DNA of 63,050 bases, counting the filler, from Pseudomonadota bacterium (lineage in GTDB: Bacteria > Desulfobacterota > Desulfobacteria > Desulfobacterales > JBDRRP01), in NCBI GenBank assembly GCA_043825735.1. It is 7 parts of 7 records of this genome, joined end to end, with 100 filler letters (N's around TTAATTAATTAA, not from the genome) between each part and the next. Parts side by side here need not be neighbours in the genome. Positions count along the whole stretch, not along the records: positions 35,188 to 48,408 come from JBDRRP010000113.1; positions 48,509 to 55,849 come from JBDRRP010000116.1; 5 more parts are not named here. One strand, given 5' to 3'. This document shows, piece by piece, positions 44,266 through 55,708 of the stretch. The first letter of the stretch is position 1. Each line of letters starts with the position of its first letter. A program made the translations under genes and the position numbers. A model generated the notes under the pieces. That model made no database searches. It worked only from the letters and a program-made list of their open reading frames with translations, and was not told the DNA's origin.

Positions 44266-45936
44266 ATGATCAGCGACAGCGTGAAAAACGGTGTTGAACG
44301 GGCACCTCACCGGGCCCTATTCAAATCCATGGGATACACCGACGAGGAAATCAGGCGGCCACTCATCGGCATCGCAAATTCGGCCAATGCCATTATCCCC
44401 GGCCACATTCACCTGGATAAGATCGTCGATGCCGTAAAAACCGGCATCTCCATGGCCGGCGGCACGCCGATCCCCTTCGGGGTCATCGGTGTGTGCGACG
44501 GCATCGCCATGAACCACGTGGGCATGAAGTACTCCCTGGGCAGCCGGGAGCTCATCGCCGACAGCATCGAAGTCATGGCCACGGCCCACGGTTTCGACGC
44601 CCTGGTGATGGTGCCCAACTGCGATAAAATTGTTCCCGGCATGCTCATGGCAGCGGCCCGGTTGGACATCCCAACGATCGTTGTGAGCGGGGGGGCGATG
44701 CTGGCCGGCGAGCACCCAGACCCCGAACACGGCGGCAAGATCGACCTCATCACGGTTTTTGAAGCCGTCGGTGCGGTGAAATCCGGCCGCATGAGCGAAG
44801 CGGCGCTTTTGGACATCGAAGACGCCGCCTGCCCCACCTGCGGTTCCTGTGCCGGTATGTTCACGGCGAACTCCATGAACTGCCTGACCGAAGCCATCGG
44901 GCTGGGGCTACCTGGAAACGGCACGATCCCGGCGGTGATGGCCGCCCGTATCCGTCTGGCTAAAACCGCCGGCATGCAGATCATGGATCTTCTTGCGCGG
45001 CAGATCACACCCAGCCGGATTCTTACTGCCGAGGCCTTTGAAAACGCTCTGACCGTGGACATGGCGCTGGGATGTTCTACCAACACGGTGCTCCATCTCA
45101 CCGCGCTGGCCGCCGAAGCCGGGGTGCCCTTCACTCTGGACATGATCAACCAGGTAAGCGAAAAGACCCCGCACCTGTGCTCCATGAGCCCCGGCGGCCC
45201 CCACCACATTCAGGATCTCAACCGCGCCGGCGGGATTGCCGCAGTAATGAAAACCCTTGCAGCAACAGATCGTATCCACGGGAACTGCCTCACCGTTACC
45301 GGACGCACCGTCGAACAAAACCTGGCCGATGCCCGAGTCAAAAACACGCAGGTCATCCGCCCTCCGGAAAACGCCTACCATGGCAAAGGCGGCCTGGCTG
45401 TATTGTTTGGCAATCTGGCGCCTGAAGGCTGTGTGGTGAAGCAGTCTGCCGTAAGAGAAGAAATGATGCAGCACAGAGGCCCGGCCCGGGTATTTGACAG
45501 TGAAGAGACCGCCAGCGAAGCGATCATGGCGGGCCGGATCGTAAAAGGGGACGTGGTCGTGATCCGCTACGAAGGTCCACAGGGAGGCCCGGGAATGCGA
45601 GAGATGCTCACACCCACGTCCACCATCGCCGGCATGGGCCTCGATGCGGATGTCGCCCTGATCACCGACGGCCGGTTTTCTGGTGGAACCCGGGGCGCGG
45701 CCATCGGTCACGTGTCGCCAGAGGCCATGGCCGGCGGTCCCATCGCCGCCGTCAGAGAGGGCGATATGATTGCCATCGACATCCCGGCCAAAAGCATTTC
45801 CCTGGAAATCAGCAAAGACGCTATGGCCGCGCGCATGGCCGCTTGGACGCCCCCGGCGCCGCGCATCACCAAGGGCTACATGGCCCGGTACGCAAGGCAG
45901 GTCACCTCTGCCAGCACCGGCGCGGTGTTCAGGTAG
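44266..45936 (+). CDS. ilvD: Dihydroxy-acid dehydratase
   Basis: [31 protein letters not shown] and TDGRFSGG. Confidence 0.97.
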   Translation: MISDSVKNGVERAPHRALFKSMGYTDEEIRRPLIGIANSANAIIPGHIHLDKIVDAVKTGISMAGGTPIPFGVIGVCDGIAMNHVGMKYSLGSRELIADSIEVMATAHGFDALVMVPNCDKIVPGMLMAAARLDIPTIVVSGGAMLAGEHPDPEHGGKIDLITVFEAVGAVKSGRMSEAALLDIEDAACPTCGSCAGMFTANSMNCLTEAIGLGLPGNGTIPAVMAARIRLAKTAGMQIMDLLARQITPSRILTAEAFENALTVDMALGCSTNTVLHLTALAAEAGVPFTLDMINQVSEKTPHLCSMSPGGPHHIQDLNRAGGIAAVMKTLAATDRIHGNCLTVTGRTVEQNLADARVKNTQVIRPPENAYHGKGGLAVLFGNLAPEGCVVKQSAVREEMMQHRGPARVFDSEETASEAIMAGRIVKGDVVVIRYEGPQGGPGMREMLTPTSTIAGMGLDADVALITDGRFSGGTRGAAIGHVSPEAMAGGPIAAVREGDMIAIDIPAKSISLEISKDAMAARMAAWTPPAPRITKGYMARYARQVTSASTGAVFR

Positions 45937-46330
45937 AGACAGAAAATTCGAATTCAGGGATTCAGGGATTCAGGGATTGGCGGCCTACGGCCGGTAACTG
46001 CCAGAGGACAGAGGTCAGAGGTTGGAGGTCTGAGGTCGGAGGACAGATGTCGGAGGTCAGAAGTCAGAGGACAGAGGCCGGAAAAATCAAAAACAAAAAT
46101 CAACTGCAGAGAGAATTAACCGCAGCTGGACGGCCTTCGGCCAGAAAACAACTGCAAGGGCAAATTAACCGCAGATTGCGCAGATGAAGGACCAAAAGGA
46201 CTAAACGATCCTAACGATCCTAACGATCCCAACGATCCTAACGATCCTAACGATCCTAACGATCTCAACGATCCTAACGATCCAAACGACCCCAAACGAT
46301 CCAAACGCGCCGCAGGCGGCCTGAACGGAG
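45937..46330. repeat. Mosaic repeat cassette (copy B) with GGGATTCA, CAGAGGTCAGA-type and AACGATCCY x~11 modules
   Basis: Read directly; parallels 43577-43990. Confidence 0.8.
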
Positions 46331-46339
46331 CTAAGAACC

Positions 46340-48025
46340 ATGAAACTCAAAGGGACCAAGATACTGATGGAAGTGCTTCGGGAAGAAGGCGTCGATACCA
46401 TTTTCGGCTTCCCCGGGGGTGCGGTCATCGACATCTATGATGAACTGGTAAAAACCGATATCCGCCATATCCTGGTGCGCCACGAACAGGGGGCGGTCCA
46501 CGCGGCCGACGGCTACGCCCGGGCCACGGGTAAAGTCGGCGTCTGCCTGGTCACTTCGGGTCCGGGCGCCACCAACACCGTGACGGGTATTGCCAGCGCT
46601 TACATGGATTCCATTCCGCTGGTGGTGATCACCGGCCAGGTGCCCACCCATCTCATCGGAAACGACGCGTTTCAGGAAGTGGACATCGTGGGCATCACCC
46701 GTCCTTGCACCAAACACAATTATCTGGTGAAAGATGTGGCCGACCTGGGCCGTATCATGAAGGAGGCATTCACCATCGCCCGTTCCGGTCGTCCCGGTCC
46801 GGTTCTGGTGGACATCCCCAAAGACGTGGGCAACGCCAAGGCGACCTTCAAACCCAATCTGGAAGTCTCTCTGAAATCCTACAACCCCACTTACAAGCCC
46901 AACACCCGGCAGCTCAAAAAGGTGGTGGACCTGATCAAGGACGCCGAGCGGCCGTTGATCTTTGCCGGCGGCGGCATCATCCTTTCCGGAGCCGCCGAGG
47001 CGCTCACACGACTGGCGCGCACCGCCAAAATCCCGGTCACCGCATCACTGATGGGCCTGGGCGGGTTTCCCGGCACCGATCCCCTGTGGTTGGGAATGAT
47101 CGGAATGCACGGCACCTACCGAGCGAACATGTCGGTTGGCAACTGCGATCTCATGATCGCCATCGGTGTCAGGTTCGATGACCGGGTAACCGGCAAGATC
47201 GATACCTTCGCCAAGCACGCCAAGATCGTCCATATCGACATCGACCCCACCAGCATTCGGAAAAACGTGCCGGTGAGTATTCCCGTGGTGGGGGACTGCC
47301 GCATGAGCCTGGACATTATCAACGAGTTGATGGCCGGTGTCACCCTGGAGAATTTGGACGAGCGCCGCGCCCCCTGGCTGGGCCAGATCGCCGAGTGGAA
47401 GAGCACCTCACCTCTGGCCTACAACCAGAAAGACATCATCAAACCCCAGTACGTGGTGGAAACGCTGTATGAATTGACCCGTGGCCAGGCCATCATCACC
47501 ACCGAGGTGGGACAGAACCAGATGTGGGCGGCCCAGTACTATCATTTCGATCGCCCCGGCCACTTCATCACCTCCGGCGGTCTGGGCTGCATGGGGTTTG
47601 GTCTGCCCGCTGCCATCGGTGCCCAGGCGGCATTTCCCGACAAGACCGTGGTGGACATCGCCGGCGACGGCAGCATCCAGATGAACATTCAGGAAATGGC
47701 CACCGCGGTTGAATTTTGCCTGCCCGTCAAGGTGGTCATACTCAACAACGGATATCTTGGTATGGTCCGGCAGTGGCAGGAGCTTTTCTACAACAAGCGC
47801 TATGCCTGCACGACCATGGCCCAGATCCCTGATTTTGCCAAACTGGCGGAGGCCTACGGTGCGGTGGGGCTTCGGGCCACGCGTCCGGAAGAGGTGGCGA
47901 AAGTGCTGAAAGAAGGGCTTGAGATCCCGCGGCCGGTGATCATGGATTTTCAGGTGGAAAAGGAAGAATGCGTCTATCCGATGGTGCCAGCCGGCGCCAG
48001 CCTTACGGAGATGCTTCTCGTGTAA
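46340..48025 (+). CDS. ilvB: Acetolactate synthase large subunit (biosynthetic)
   Basis: [26 protein letters not shown] and TPP motif GDGSIQMN...NN. Confidence 0.96.
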   Translation: MKLKGTKILMEVLREEGVDTIFGFPGGAVIDIYDELVKTDIRHILVRHEQGAVHAADGYARATGKVGVCLVTSGPGATNTVTGIASAYMDSIPLVVITGQVPTHLIGNDAFQEVDIVGITRPCTKHNYLVKDVADLGRIMKEAFTIARSGRPGPVLVDIPKDVGNAKATFKPNLEVSLKSYNPTYKPNTRQLKKVVDLIKDAERPLIFAGGGIILSGAAEALTRLARTAKIPVTASLMGLGGFPGTDPLWLGMIGMHGTYRANMSVGNCDLMIAIGVRFDDRVTGKIDTFAKHAKIVHIDIDPTSIRKNVPVSIPVVGDCRMSLDIINELMAGVTLENLDERRAPWLGQIAEWKSTSPLAYNQKDIIKPQYVVETLYELTRGQAIITTEVGQNQMWAAQYYHFDRPGHFITSGGLGCMGFGLPAAIGAQAAFPDKTVVDIAGDGSIQMNIQEMATAVEFCLPVKVVILNNGYLGMVRQWQELFYNKRYACTTMAQIPDFAKLAEAYGAVGLRATRPEEVAKVLKEGLEIPRPVIMDFQVEKEECVYPMVPAGASLTEMLLV

Positions 48026-48408
48026 CGCAATTGGCGGCCTTCGGCCGGAAAGAAACTGCAACGGCTTTTTTGGCACGGATTTCACGGATTACGCTGATGG
48101 GCGGCCTGCGGCCGAAGGGCAACTGTAAAATCAAATGGGACGCGGATGAACGCTGATAAGAATTTGCGGCCTTCGGCCGGGAACTGCGAGATGACAGAGG
48201 ACAGAGGACAGAAAAATCAAAAACAAAAGCCAACTGCAAAGAGAATTAACCGCAGATGACGCGGATGACGCAGATGGGCGGCCTTCGGCCGAACGGCAAC
48301 AGCGAAAAACATTTTGGCACGGATTTCACGGATTTCGCTGATAATCGGCCTTCGGCCGGAAAGCAACTGCAAAGAGAATGAACCGCAGATAACGTGGATG
48401 AGCGCTGA
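48026..48408. repeat. Mosaic repeat cassette (copy C) at the contig end
   Basis: Repeated GGCCTTCGGCC, TTTTGGCACGGATTTCACGGATT and AACCGCAGAT modules. Confidence 0.75.
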
Positions 48409-48508
48409 NNNNNNNNNNNNNNNNNNNNNNNNNNNNNNNNNNNNNNNNNNNNTTAATTAATTAANNNNNNNNNNNNNNNNNNNNNNNNNNNNNNNNNNNN
48501 NNNNNNNN
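48409..48508. other. Artificial contig linker
   Basis: N-TTAATTAATTAA-N. Confidence 0.99.
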
Positions 48509-48509
48509 G

Positions 48510-48665
48510 CCCAAGACCCGCTCGGGTAAGATCCTGCGCGGCACCATCCAGAAGATCGCCGACAACAAGGAGTACAAGGTGCCGGCCACCATCGACGATC
48601 CCACCATCCTGGGAGAAATGGAAGCGGCCCTCAACACCATCGGTCTGGCGGGTTCGAGAAAATAG
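48510..48665 (+). CDS. prpE: Acyl-CoA synthetase C-terminal fragment (propionyl-CoA synthetase-like)
   Basis: Hand translation PKTRSGKILRGTIQKIADNKEYKVPATIDDPTILGEMEAALNTIGLAGSRK*; A10 motif PKTRSGK and PATIDDP. Confidence 0.75.
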   Translation, partial: PKTRSGKILRGTIQKIADNKEYKVPATIDDPTILGEMEAALNTIGLAGSRK

Positions 48666-48864
48666 CAAATCCATTTGAGCCGGTTTCGATCTTCATACTG
48701 AACCTGATCTGGCATCGTTGGGCTGAAACGCGATCTGATTTGTTGAGGCCGGCTCGATTCAAGGCGGGCACCCTCCCCGGGTGCCCGCCGACACCGCCCT
48801 GGAAATTGCGCTTCCTGCTGATGCACAATTCTCAAGTTGATGTTACCGGCAGCACTGCATGTGA

Positions 48865-48947
48865 ACCACGAAGGCCACGAAGTGCACGAAGAAAACCTAA
48901 AAACAAGTTTGTTAGAAAACCTTCGTGCCCTTCGTGAACTTCGTGGT
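48865..48947. repeat. Palindromic element with three 9-nt units per arm (CACGAAG type)
   Basis: ACCACGAAG GCCACGAAG TGCACGAAG ... CTTCGTGCC CTTCGTGAA CTTCGTGGT. Confidence 0.8.
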
Positions 48948-49377
48948 GATCAAAAACATCGGGGGCTGCGAGGCACCTGCGCGGTTACTTGAGTTTTGTG
49001 CATAACCCGATTGCGCTTTTACCATGCCCCCCCCCAACGGGCAAAGGCTGCGCATCATGGATGACCGTATTCTGGCTTTTCCAGGCCTGCACCGGGGCAT
49101 GCGGCATCGCCTGCCAGCGCAGCCCGCAGGATCCGACATCACGGCCGCCCATTGCCTGGGGGCGTGTGACTGAATCCTGATCATTAAATAGAGAATGCCG
49201 TAAAAAGGGTGTTGACTGGGGAAAAGACTTGGTTTAAGGATTCTGAAACATTGTTACATGAATGCGGGAAACAGCCCCTGCATTTAATTATAAAAATTAC
49301 ATAAAATCAGTGTGTAACGCAATTACCGGCGCGCTATTTAGAAAACGCCACTACACGCTTGGGGCGTTGATCTCAAT

Positions 49378-49980
49378 ATGAATGAACAGCTGAACGGACT
49401 TAATCCTGCAGTACACCAGCGACTGGAAGCAGCCGTACTGGAGGTGTTTTCCAATTCCGATTTTCATAAAGCCAACATCCGGGAGGTGGCCCGAAAGGCC
49501 GGGATCAGTTTCAGTACCATCTATCACCATTTCGGCTCCAAGGAGCACTTGCTCTTTGCTTTCGTCGACATCTGGATGGGCAAGCTCACGGACCGGATCA
49601 TCGATCACCTCCAGGGCATCGAAGATCTGAAGGAAAAACTGCGAAAGGTGCTCTGGCTGCAGTTGGACTATTACGAACACCATGAAGGGTTGGGACGCAT
49701 CGTATTTATGACGGTCCCTATGAAGACATGGATGGCCGATAATTCCTTCCGTCAACGGAAAATGATTGAACTCTACCTGGGAGTCCTCAGGCAGGGGCAG
49801 CGAGACGGTGTGCTCAATTCGAAAGTGCGTGCCGGTGTGCTGCTCGATTTCATGCTCGGCATGGTGCAGCGTACTTTTTTCATGTGGGTGTCCCGGGGGC
49901 AGCAGGAAGGCCTGGCCGCGCAATCCAACACCCTTTTCGAGATGATCTGGCGGGCCATGTCCAACCCGGACAGGCCGTAG
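49378..49980 (+). CDS. TetR/AcrR-family transcriptional regulator
   Basis: N-terminal HTH: IREVARKAGISFSTIYHHFGSKEHL. Confidence 0.92.
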   Translation: MNEQLNGLNPAVHQRLEAAVLEVFSNSDFHKANIREVARKAGISFSTIYHHFGSKEHLLFAFVDIWMGKLTDRIIDHLQGIEDLKEKLRKVLWLQLDYYEHHEGLGRIVFMTVPMKTWMADNSFRQRKMIELYLGVLRQGQRDGVLNSKVRAGVLLDFMLGMVQRTFFMWVSRGQQEGLAAQSNTLFEMIWRAMSNPDRP

Positions 49981-50003
49981 GCGTTTTGGCTGAACGCATA
50001 AGA

Positions 50004-50141
50004 TTGATGAGAATGGGAAAAGTGATTTCGAACCACAGAGAGCGCAGAGGACCGCAGAGAATATTATGAATAACTAATGAGTTATCTCTGCGCTCTCCGC
50101 TTCCTCTGTGGTGGTTTCAGACTTTTTTACATAGCCATCAA
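50004..50141. repeat. MITE-like element (diverged reverse-complement copy of 1-134)
   Basis: TTGATG...AAAAGTGATTT...ACCACAGAG...CTCTGTGGT...ACTTTTTTAC...CATCAA. Confidence 0.8.
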
Positions 50142-50243
50142 GATTGAAGGATGAAGGTAGACTGAGAACAAACAAAATACCGGGAACCTAGAACGCTCGG
50201 CCGCCTGTCGTGACGGGACGGCCCACACCTTGGAGGAGAGACC

Positions 50244-52376
50244 ATGGCAGAACATCCCAAATTTCAGGAATGGAAGGCATTTTCCGAAAAACAGTTGCGG
50301 GGAAAACCCCTCGATTCGCTCAACTGGAACACCCCCGAAGGGATCGTGGTTAAGCCCCTTTATACCGCGGAAGACGTCGAGGGGATGCCGCAGGTCAATA
50401 CATTGCCCGGGTTTGCACCCTACATGCGCGGACCCATGGCCACCATGTACGCCGGCCAAAAGTGGACCATCCGCCAATACGCCGGTTTTTCCACAGCCAA
50501 GGACTCCAACGCCTTTTACCGGCGCAACCTGGCCGCCGGTCAAAAGGGGCTGTCAGTGGCCTTCGATCTGGCCACGCACCGCGGCTATGATTCCGATCAT
50601 TCCCGGGTGGTGGGCGATATCGGCAAGGCCGGCGTGGCCATCGACTCGGTAGAGGACATGAAGGTTCTTTTTGACCAGATCCCGCTGGACCAGATGTCGG
50701 TGTCCATGACCATGAACGGCGCGGTGCTGCCCATTCTGGCTGGCTACATCGTGGCCGCCGAGGAGCAGGGGGTCACCCACGAGCAGCTCACGGGCACCAT
50801 CCAGAACGATATCCTCAAAGAATACCTGACCCGCAACACTTATATTTACCCGCCGGAGCCGTCTATGCGGATCGTCTCCGACATCATCGCCTTTTGCTCC
50901 ACCGAGATGCCAAAGTTCAACACGGTGAGCATCAGCGGCTACCACATGATGGAGGCCGGCGCCGACTCCGTTCTGCAGTGCGCCTTCACCATCGCCGATG
51001 GTCTGGAATACGTCCGGGCGGCCATGAACGCAGGATTGGACATCGACGCCTTCGCCCCCCGGCTGTCTTTTTTCTTCGGGGTGGGGATGAATTTTTTCAT
51101 GGAGATCGCCATGCTGAGGGCGGCCCGCGTCCTGTGGCACAAGCTGGTGAGCCGGTTCAATCCTAAAAATCCCAAATCCACCATGCTTCGAACGCATGTG
51201 CAGACCTCCGGCTGGAGTCTCACCGAACAGGACCCCTACAACAACATCATCCGCACCACCATCGAAGCGCTGGCCGCGGTCCTGGGCGGCACCCAGAGCC
51301 TGCACACCAACAGTTTCGACGAGGCCGTCGGGCTGCCCACGGATTTCAGTGCCCGGATCGCCCGAAACACTCAGCTGCTCATTCAGGAGGAATCCCAGGT
51401 GTGCCATGTGGTTGATCCCTTGGGCGGCTCCTACTACGTTGAGGCACTCACCAACGGCATCATCGAGGAGGCCGGCAAGATCATCGACGAAGTCGAGGCC
51501 CTGGGCGGTATGGCCAAGGCCATCGGCACCGGTATGCCCAAACGGCGCATCGAAGAGTCCGCCGCCCGCCGCCAGGCCCGCATCGACCAGGGACTGGACG
51601 TCATCGTGGGGGTGAACAAATACAAGATCGAGGATAAACCGCTGGACAACCTTTTGGAAGTTTCCGAGACGGTTCGCGACGAGCAGATTCAGCGTCTCGC
51701 AGAATTGCGCGCCTCGCGGGACAGTGCGGCGGTACAAAAGGCCCTGGCCGACATCACCGCGGCGGCGACATCCGGCGCAAACCTGCTGGAGGCCTGTCTG
51801 CCCGCTGTCCGCGCCCGGGCTACCGTGGGAGAGATCTCCGATGCCATAGAGAAAGTGTTCGGCCGCTATGTGGCGACCAGTCAATGCATCTCCGGCATCT
51901 ATGCTGCCGAATTCGGCGACAGCGCAGTCATCGCATCGCTGCGCAAGCGCTCAGAGGCGTTTATGGAAAAGGAAGGGCGGCGTCCGCGGATTCTGCTCAC
52001 GAAAATGGGACAGGACGGGCATGACCGCGGGGTCAAGGTCATCGCCACCGCCTTTGCCGACCTGGGATTCGATGTGGATCTGAGCCCCATGTTCCAGACC
52101 CCAGAGGAAGCGGCCCGCATGGCCGTTGAAAACGACGTGCACCTGGTGGGCGTATCCTCGCTGGCTGCCGGCCACCGTACGCTGGTTCCGCAGCTCATCG
52201 ATGCCCTGAAGAAGGAAGGCGGCGAGGATATCATGGTGGTGGTGGGTGGTGTCATCCCGCCGGCAGACTACCAAGGGCTCTTTGATGCCGGTGCGGTGGG
52301 TGTTTTCGGCCCCGGGACCCCGGTTCCCGATTCCGCCAACAAAGTGTTGAACGCATTGGAAAAACGTTACATGTAA
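50244..52376 (+). CDS. scpA: Methylmalonyl-CoA mutase (fused catalytic and B12-binding domains)
   Basis: [37 protein letters not shown] and [10 protein letters not shown]. Confidence 0.96.
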   Translation: MAEHPKFQEWKAFSEKQLRGKPLDSLNWNTPEGIVVKPLYTAEDVEGMPQVNTLPGFAPYMRGPMATMYAGQKWTIRQYAGFSTAKDSNAFYRRNLAAGQKGLSVAFDLATHRGYDSDHSRVVGDIGKAGVAIDSVEDMKVLFDQIPLDQMSVSMTMNGAVLPILAGYIVAAEEQGVTHEQLTGTIQNDILKEYLTRNTYIYPPEPSMRIVSDIIAFCSTEMPKFNTVSISGYHMMEAGADSVLQCAFTIADGLEYVRAAMNAGLDIDAFAPRLSFFFGVGMNFFMEIAMLRAARVLWHKLVSRFNPKNPKSTMLRTHVQTSGWSLTEQDPYNNIIRTTIEALAAVLGGTQSLHTNSFDEAVGLPTDFSARIARNTQLLIQEESQVCHVVDPLGGSYYVEALTNGIIEEAGKIIDEVEALGGMAKAIGTGMPKRRIEESAARRQARIDQGLDVIVGVNKYKIEDKPLDNLLEVSETVRDEQIQRLAELRASRDSAAVQKALADITAAATSGANLLEACLPAVRARATVGEISDAIEKVFGRYVATSQCISGIYAAEFGDSAVIASLRKRSEAFMEKEGRRPRILLTKMGQDGHDRGVKVIATAFADLGFDVDLSPMFQTPEEAARMAVENDVHLVGVSSLAAGHRTLVPQLIDALKKEGGEDIMVVVGGVIPPADYQGLFDAGAVGVFGPGTPVPDSANKVLNALEKRYM

Positions 52377-52378
52377 CC

Positions 52379-52515
52379 TTGATGGGCCCGTAAAAAGTGA
52401 TTTTCAACCACAGAGACCGCAGAGAACCGCAGAGAATATACCGAATAATTAATAAGTTGTCTCTGCGCTCTCTGTGTCCTCTGTGGTGGTTTTAGACTTT
52501 TTACATTGCCATCAA
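52379..52515. repeat. MITE-like element (diverged reverse-complement copy of 1-134)
   Basis: TTGATGGGCCCGTAAAAAGT...ACTTTTTACATTGCCATCAA. Confidence 0.8.
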
Positions 52516-52539
52516 TCTTGCCATGGAAAAACGGAGTTT

Positions 52540-53550
52540 ATGAATCTGACCGACCCGCAGGCATATGTTGATGGGGTTCTGGCCGGCGACCGACGGTTGC
52601 TGGCCAAAACCATCACCCTGGTGGAAAGCAATCGCGCTGAACACCAGGCGCTGGCCACCCGGATTGTCGACATGCTGCTGCCGCATACCGGCAACGCAAC
52701 GCGGCTGGGCATCACCGGCGTTCCGGGGGTGGGCAAGAGTACCTTCATCGAGGCCTTCGGCATGATGCTGGCCGAAGCCGGCCACCGGCTGGCGGTGCTG
52801 GCCGTCGACCCCAGCAGCACCCGTAGCGGGGGCAGCATCATGGCCGACAAGACCCGGATGGAGCGGCTGGCGGTCCACCCGTCGGCGTTCATCCGGCCGT
52901 CCCCAAGCGGGGGGTGTCTGGGAGGCGTGGCTCGAAAGACGCGTGAGACGCTACTGGTGTGTGAGGCCGCCGGCTTTGATGTCATCATTGTGGAAACCGT
53001 CGGTGTGGGCCAGTCGGAGACCACCGTTGCTTCCATGGTGGATTTTTTTCTTGTTCTCATGCTGGCCGGTGCCGGCGATGAGCTGCAGGGAATAAAAAAG
53101 GGCGTGCTGGAATTGGCCGATGCCCTGGCGGTGAATAAGGCCGATGGGGACAATATGGAAAAGGCGGCCCTTGCCCAGCGCCAATATGCGGCGGCCCTTC
53201 ACCTGCTCTCGCCCGCATCAGCGGCATGGTCGCCGCCCGTGCTGACGTGCAGCGCTCTGGAGAACGCCGGCCTGGAGGCTATCTGGGAGACTGTCGGCCG
53301 CCATCGGACGGTCCTGACGGGCACTGGTGAGTTTGCCGATAAACGCCGTAAACAGGCAATGGACTGGCTCTGGGCGCTCGTCGAAGAAGGACTGCGATTT
53401 CGCTTTCGCAGGCACAGCGGTGTTCAACAACGGTTGCCGCAATTGCTGCGGGCCGTTGAATCCGAAAGTGTGGCGCCCACGGTGGCTGCCACCGAATTGT
53501 TGGAATTGCTTGACCAGAAGGGGCCATTCGCACCGGCGAAGAACGGCTGA
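52540..53550 (+). CDS. meaB: Methylmalonyl-CoA mutase-associated GTPase MeaB/ArgK
   Basis: GVPGVGKST, AVDPSS, DKTRM, ETVGVGQSE and NKAD; true start MNLTDP (the ORF-track extension lies in the MITE). Confidence 0.95.
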   Translation: MNLTDPQAYVDGVLAGDRRLLAKTITLVESNRAEHQALATRIVDMLLPHTGNATRLGITGVPGVGKSTFIEAFGMMLAEAGHRLAVLAVDPSSTRSGGSIMADKTRMERLAVHPSAFIRPSPSGGCLGGVARKTRETLLVCEAAGFDVIIVETVGVGQSETTVASMVDFFLVLMLAGAGDELQGIKKGVLELADALAVNKADGDNMEKAALAQRQYAAALHLLSPASAAWSPPVLTCSALENAGLEAIWETVGRHRTVLTGTGEFADKRRKQAMDWLWALVEEGLRFRFRRHSGVQQRLPQLLRAVESESVAPTVAATELLELLDQKGPFAPAKNG

Positions 53551-53642
53551 TGTCGATGACCGAGACTCCGGATCATCGATGCCGGCAGCGGACAGGCCCC
53601 CACCCATGACATGACGCATCGTCAAGGAAAGGAAGAAAAACA

Positions 53643-55196
53643 ATGGGTATCGTGAGTGACAAAATCAAAGACCTGAAAGCACGCGAGGCCAGCATGCGCC
53701 AAATGGGCGGCGAGGCGGCCGTGGGCAAGCATAAGAAAACGGGCAAATTGACTGCCCGGGAGCGGATTGGCGTGTTGTTCGATCCGGGGACCTTCCGGGA
53801 GATCGACATGTTCGTCACCCACCGCTGCGTCAATTTCGGTATGGAAAAAGTGGACATCCCTTCCGACGGCGTTATCACCGGCCACGGCATGGTGGACGGC
53901 CGGCCGGTGTTTGCCTTTGCTCAGGATTTCACGTCCCGGGCCGGAAGCCTGGGAGAGATGCACGCCAAGAAGATCTGCAAGGTCATGGACCTTGCCATGA
54001 AGGCGGGTTGCCCCTTCGTGGGGTTGAACGATTCGGGCGGCGCCCGCATCCAGGAAGGCGTCGATGCGCTTTCCGGCTATGGACAGATTTTCTTTCGCAA
54101 TTCACTTGCTTCGGGCACGATTCCACAGATTTCGGCCATCATGGGCCCCACGGCGGGCGGTGCGGTCTACTCCCCGGCCATGACCGACTATATTTTCATG
54201 GTGAAGAACACCAGCTACATGTTCATTACGGGGCCCGAGGTCATCAAGTCGGTCACCGGCGAAGAGATCTCCTTCGAGGATCTGGGCGGCGCCATGACTC
54301 ACAACGCCAAGAGCGGCGTGGCCCATTTCGCCTGCGAAGACGACACCGATGCCATCGGCCAGATCAAACGGCTGCTGTCCTATCTGCCGTCCAACAATAT
54401 GGAAGACCCGCCGGCGGTCGCCACCGGCGACGCTCCGAGCAGAGTGAGCCCGGAGCTGGACACCATCATTCCCGATAATCCGAACCAGTCCTATGATATC
54501 AAACAGGTCATCGCCGCCATTGTGGACAATGGGGAGTTTTTCGAGCCGCACGAATACTTCGCCCCCAATATCATCGTCGCCTTTGCGCGTCTCAACGGCC
54601 GATCCATCGGTATCATCGCCAACCAGCCCAGTGTCATGGCCGGCTGCCTGGACATCGATGCTTCGGATAAGGCCACACGGTTTATCCGGTTCTGCGATGC
54701 TTTCAACATTCCCATGCTGACCATCGCCGATGTCCCCGGATATCTGCCCGGCAGCAATCAGGAATGGGGCGGCATCATCCGCCACGGCGCCAAGCTGCTC
54801 TGGTGCTATTCCGAGGCGACGGTGCCCAAACTGCTGCTGGTCACCCGCAAGGACTATGGCGGGTCCTACCTCGCCATGTGCTCCAAGGATTTGGGGGCCG
54901 ACATGGCCTTTGCCTGGCCCACCGCCGAGATCGCGGTCATGGGCGCCGAAGGGGCCGCCAACATCATTCACCGCAAGGAGATCACCGGGGCGGGCGATCC
55001 CAAGGCCAAGCGTGCCGAGAAGATCCAGGAGTACAAGGAGCTTTTTTCAAATCCCTATTGCGCGGCAGCGCGGGGCTTCATCGATGCGGTCATTTTGCCC
55101 AGCGAGACCCGGCCGCGGCTCATCGATGCCCTGGAAATCATGTGCACCAAACGGGAAATGCGGCCGGCCAAGAAGCATGGGAACATACCGATGTAA
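53643..55196 (+). CDS. Acyl-CoA carboxyltransferase (PccB/MmdA/transcarboxylase 12S-like)
   Basis: DSGGARIQEG, AGGAVYSPA, DVPGYLPG, AEIAVMGAEGA and KKHGNIPM. Confidence 0.93.
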   Translation: MGIVSDKIKDLKAREASMRQMGGEAAVGKHKKTGKLTARERIGVLFDPGTFREIDMFVTHRCVNFGMEKVDIPSDGVITGHGMVDGRPVFAFAQDFTSRAGSLGEMHAKKICKVMDLAMKAGCPFVGLNDSGGARIQEGVDALSGYGQIFFRNSLASGTIPQISAIMGPTAGGAVYSPAMTDYIFMVKNTSYMFITGPEVIKSVTGEEISFEDLGGAMTHNAKSGVAHFACEDDTDAIGQIKRLLSYLPSNNMEDPPAVATGDAPSRVSPELDTIIPDNPNQSYDIKQVIAAIVDNGEFFEPHEYFAPNIIVAFARLNGRSIGIIANQPSVMAGCLDIDASDKATRFIRFCDAFNIPMLTIADVPGYLPGSNQEWGGIIRHGAKLLWCYSEATVPKLLLVTRKDYGGSYLAMCSKDLGADMAFAWPTAEIAVMGAEGAANIIHRKEITGAGDPKAKRAEKIQEYKELFSNPYCAAARGFIDAVILPSETRPRLIDALEIMCTKREMRPAKKHGNIPM

Positions 55197-55295
55197 ACAA
55201 CCGTTTCGGGTTCCAAGTTCCAGATTCACTGCGGGATGAAAAACCGGGAACCATGGTCTTGAGAACCTTGAACCGCGCTATGATGGGAGCCAATT

Positions 55296-55526
55296 ATGGA
55301 TAACAAGAAAAAGGTCGCTGCGATTTCCGCGGTGATCCAATACATCCGGACGGAAGAAGAAGCCCTGCTGATGCAGGCCATGGCGGCCCCGGGCCCGGCC
55401 GCGGAAGCGCCGGTGTCGCTTCCGGCGGTGGCGGCCAACGCATGGGGCATGAGCGGTCGTCAATCGATCATGCAGGTCCGGACACTGATGCAGATGCGCG
55501 CCTTTCATGGCGCCCGGCTGCGCTGA
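55296..55526 (+). CDS. Small accessory subunit of the carboxyltransferase complex (epsilon/delta-like)
   Basis: AAISAV motif, Ala/Pro linker and W..SGR tail; lies between two carboxyltransferase genes; GGGAG RBS. Confidence 0.7.
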   Translation: MDNKKKVAAISAVIQYIRTEEEALLMQAMAAPGPAAEAPVSLPAVAANAWGMSGRQSIMQVRTLMQMRAFHGARLR

Positions 55527-55708
55527 TGCCGATAGAAACAGCGAAACGACAGTTCTCGCGCAGAGACGCGGCGGCGCAGAGAAATTCATGTGAAAATGCA
55601 AGGGACCTTGCCAATCAATGATTTTCTTCGTGAGCTTCGCGCCATTCGCGGTTCAGTCAACGATACCGGTAACGGTTTTTATAAATGGGAAATATAGGAG
55701 ATCCGGCA

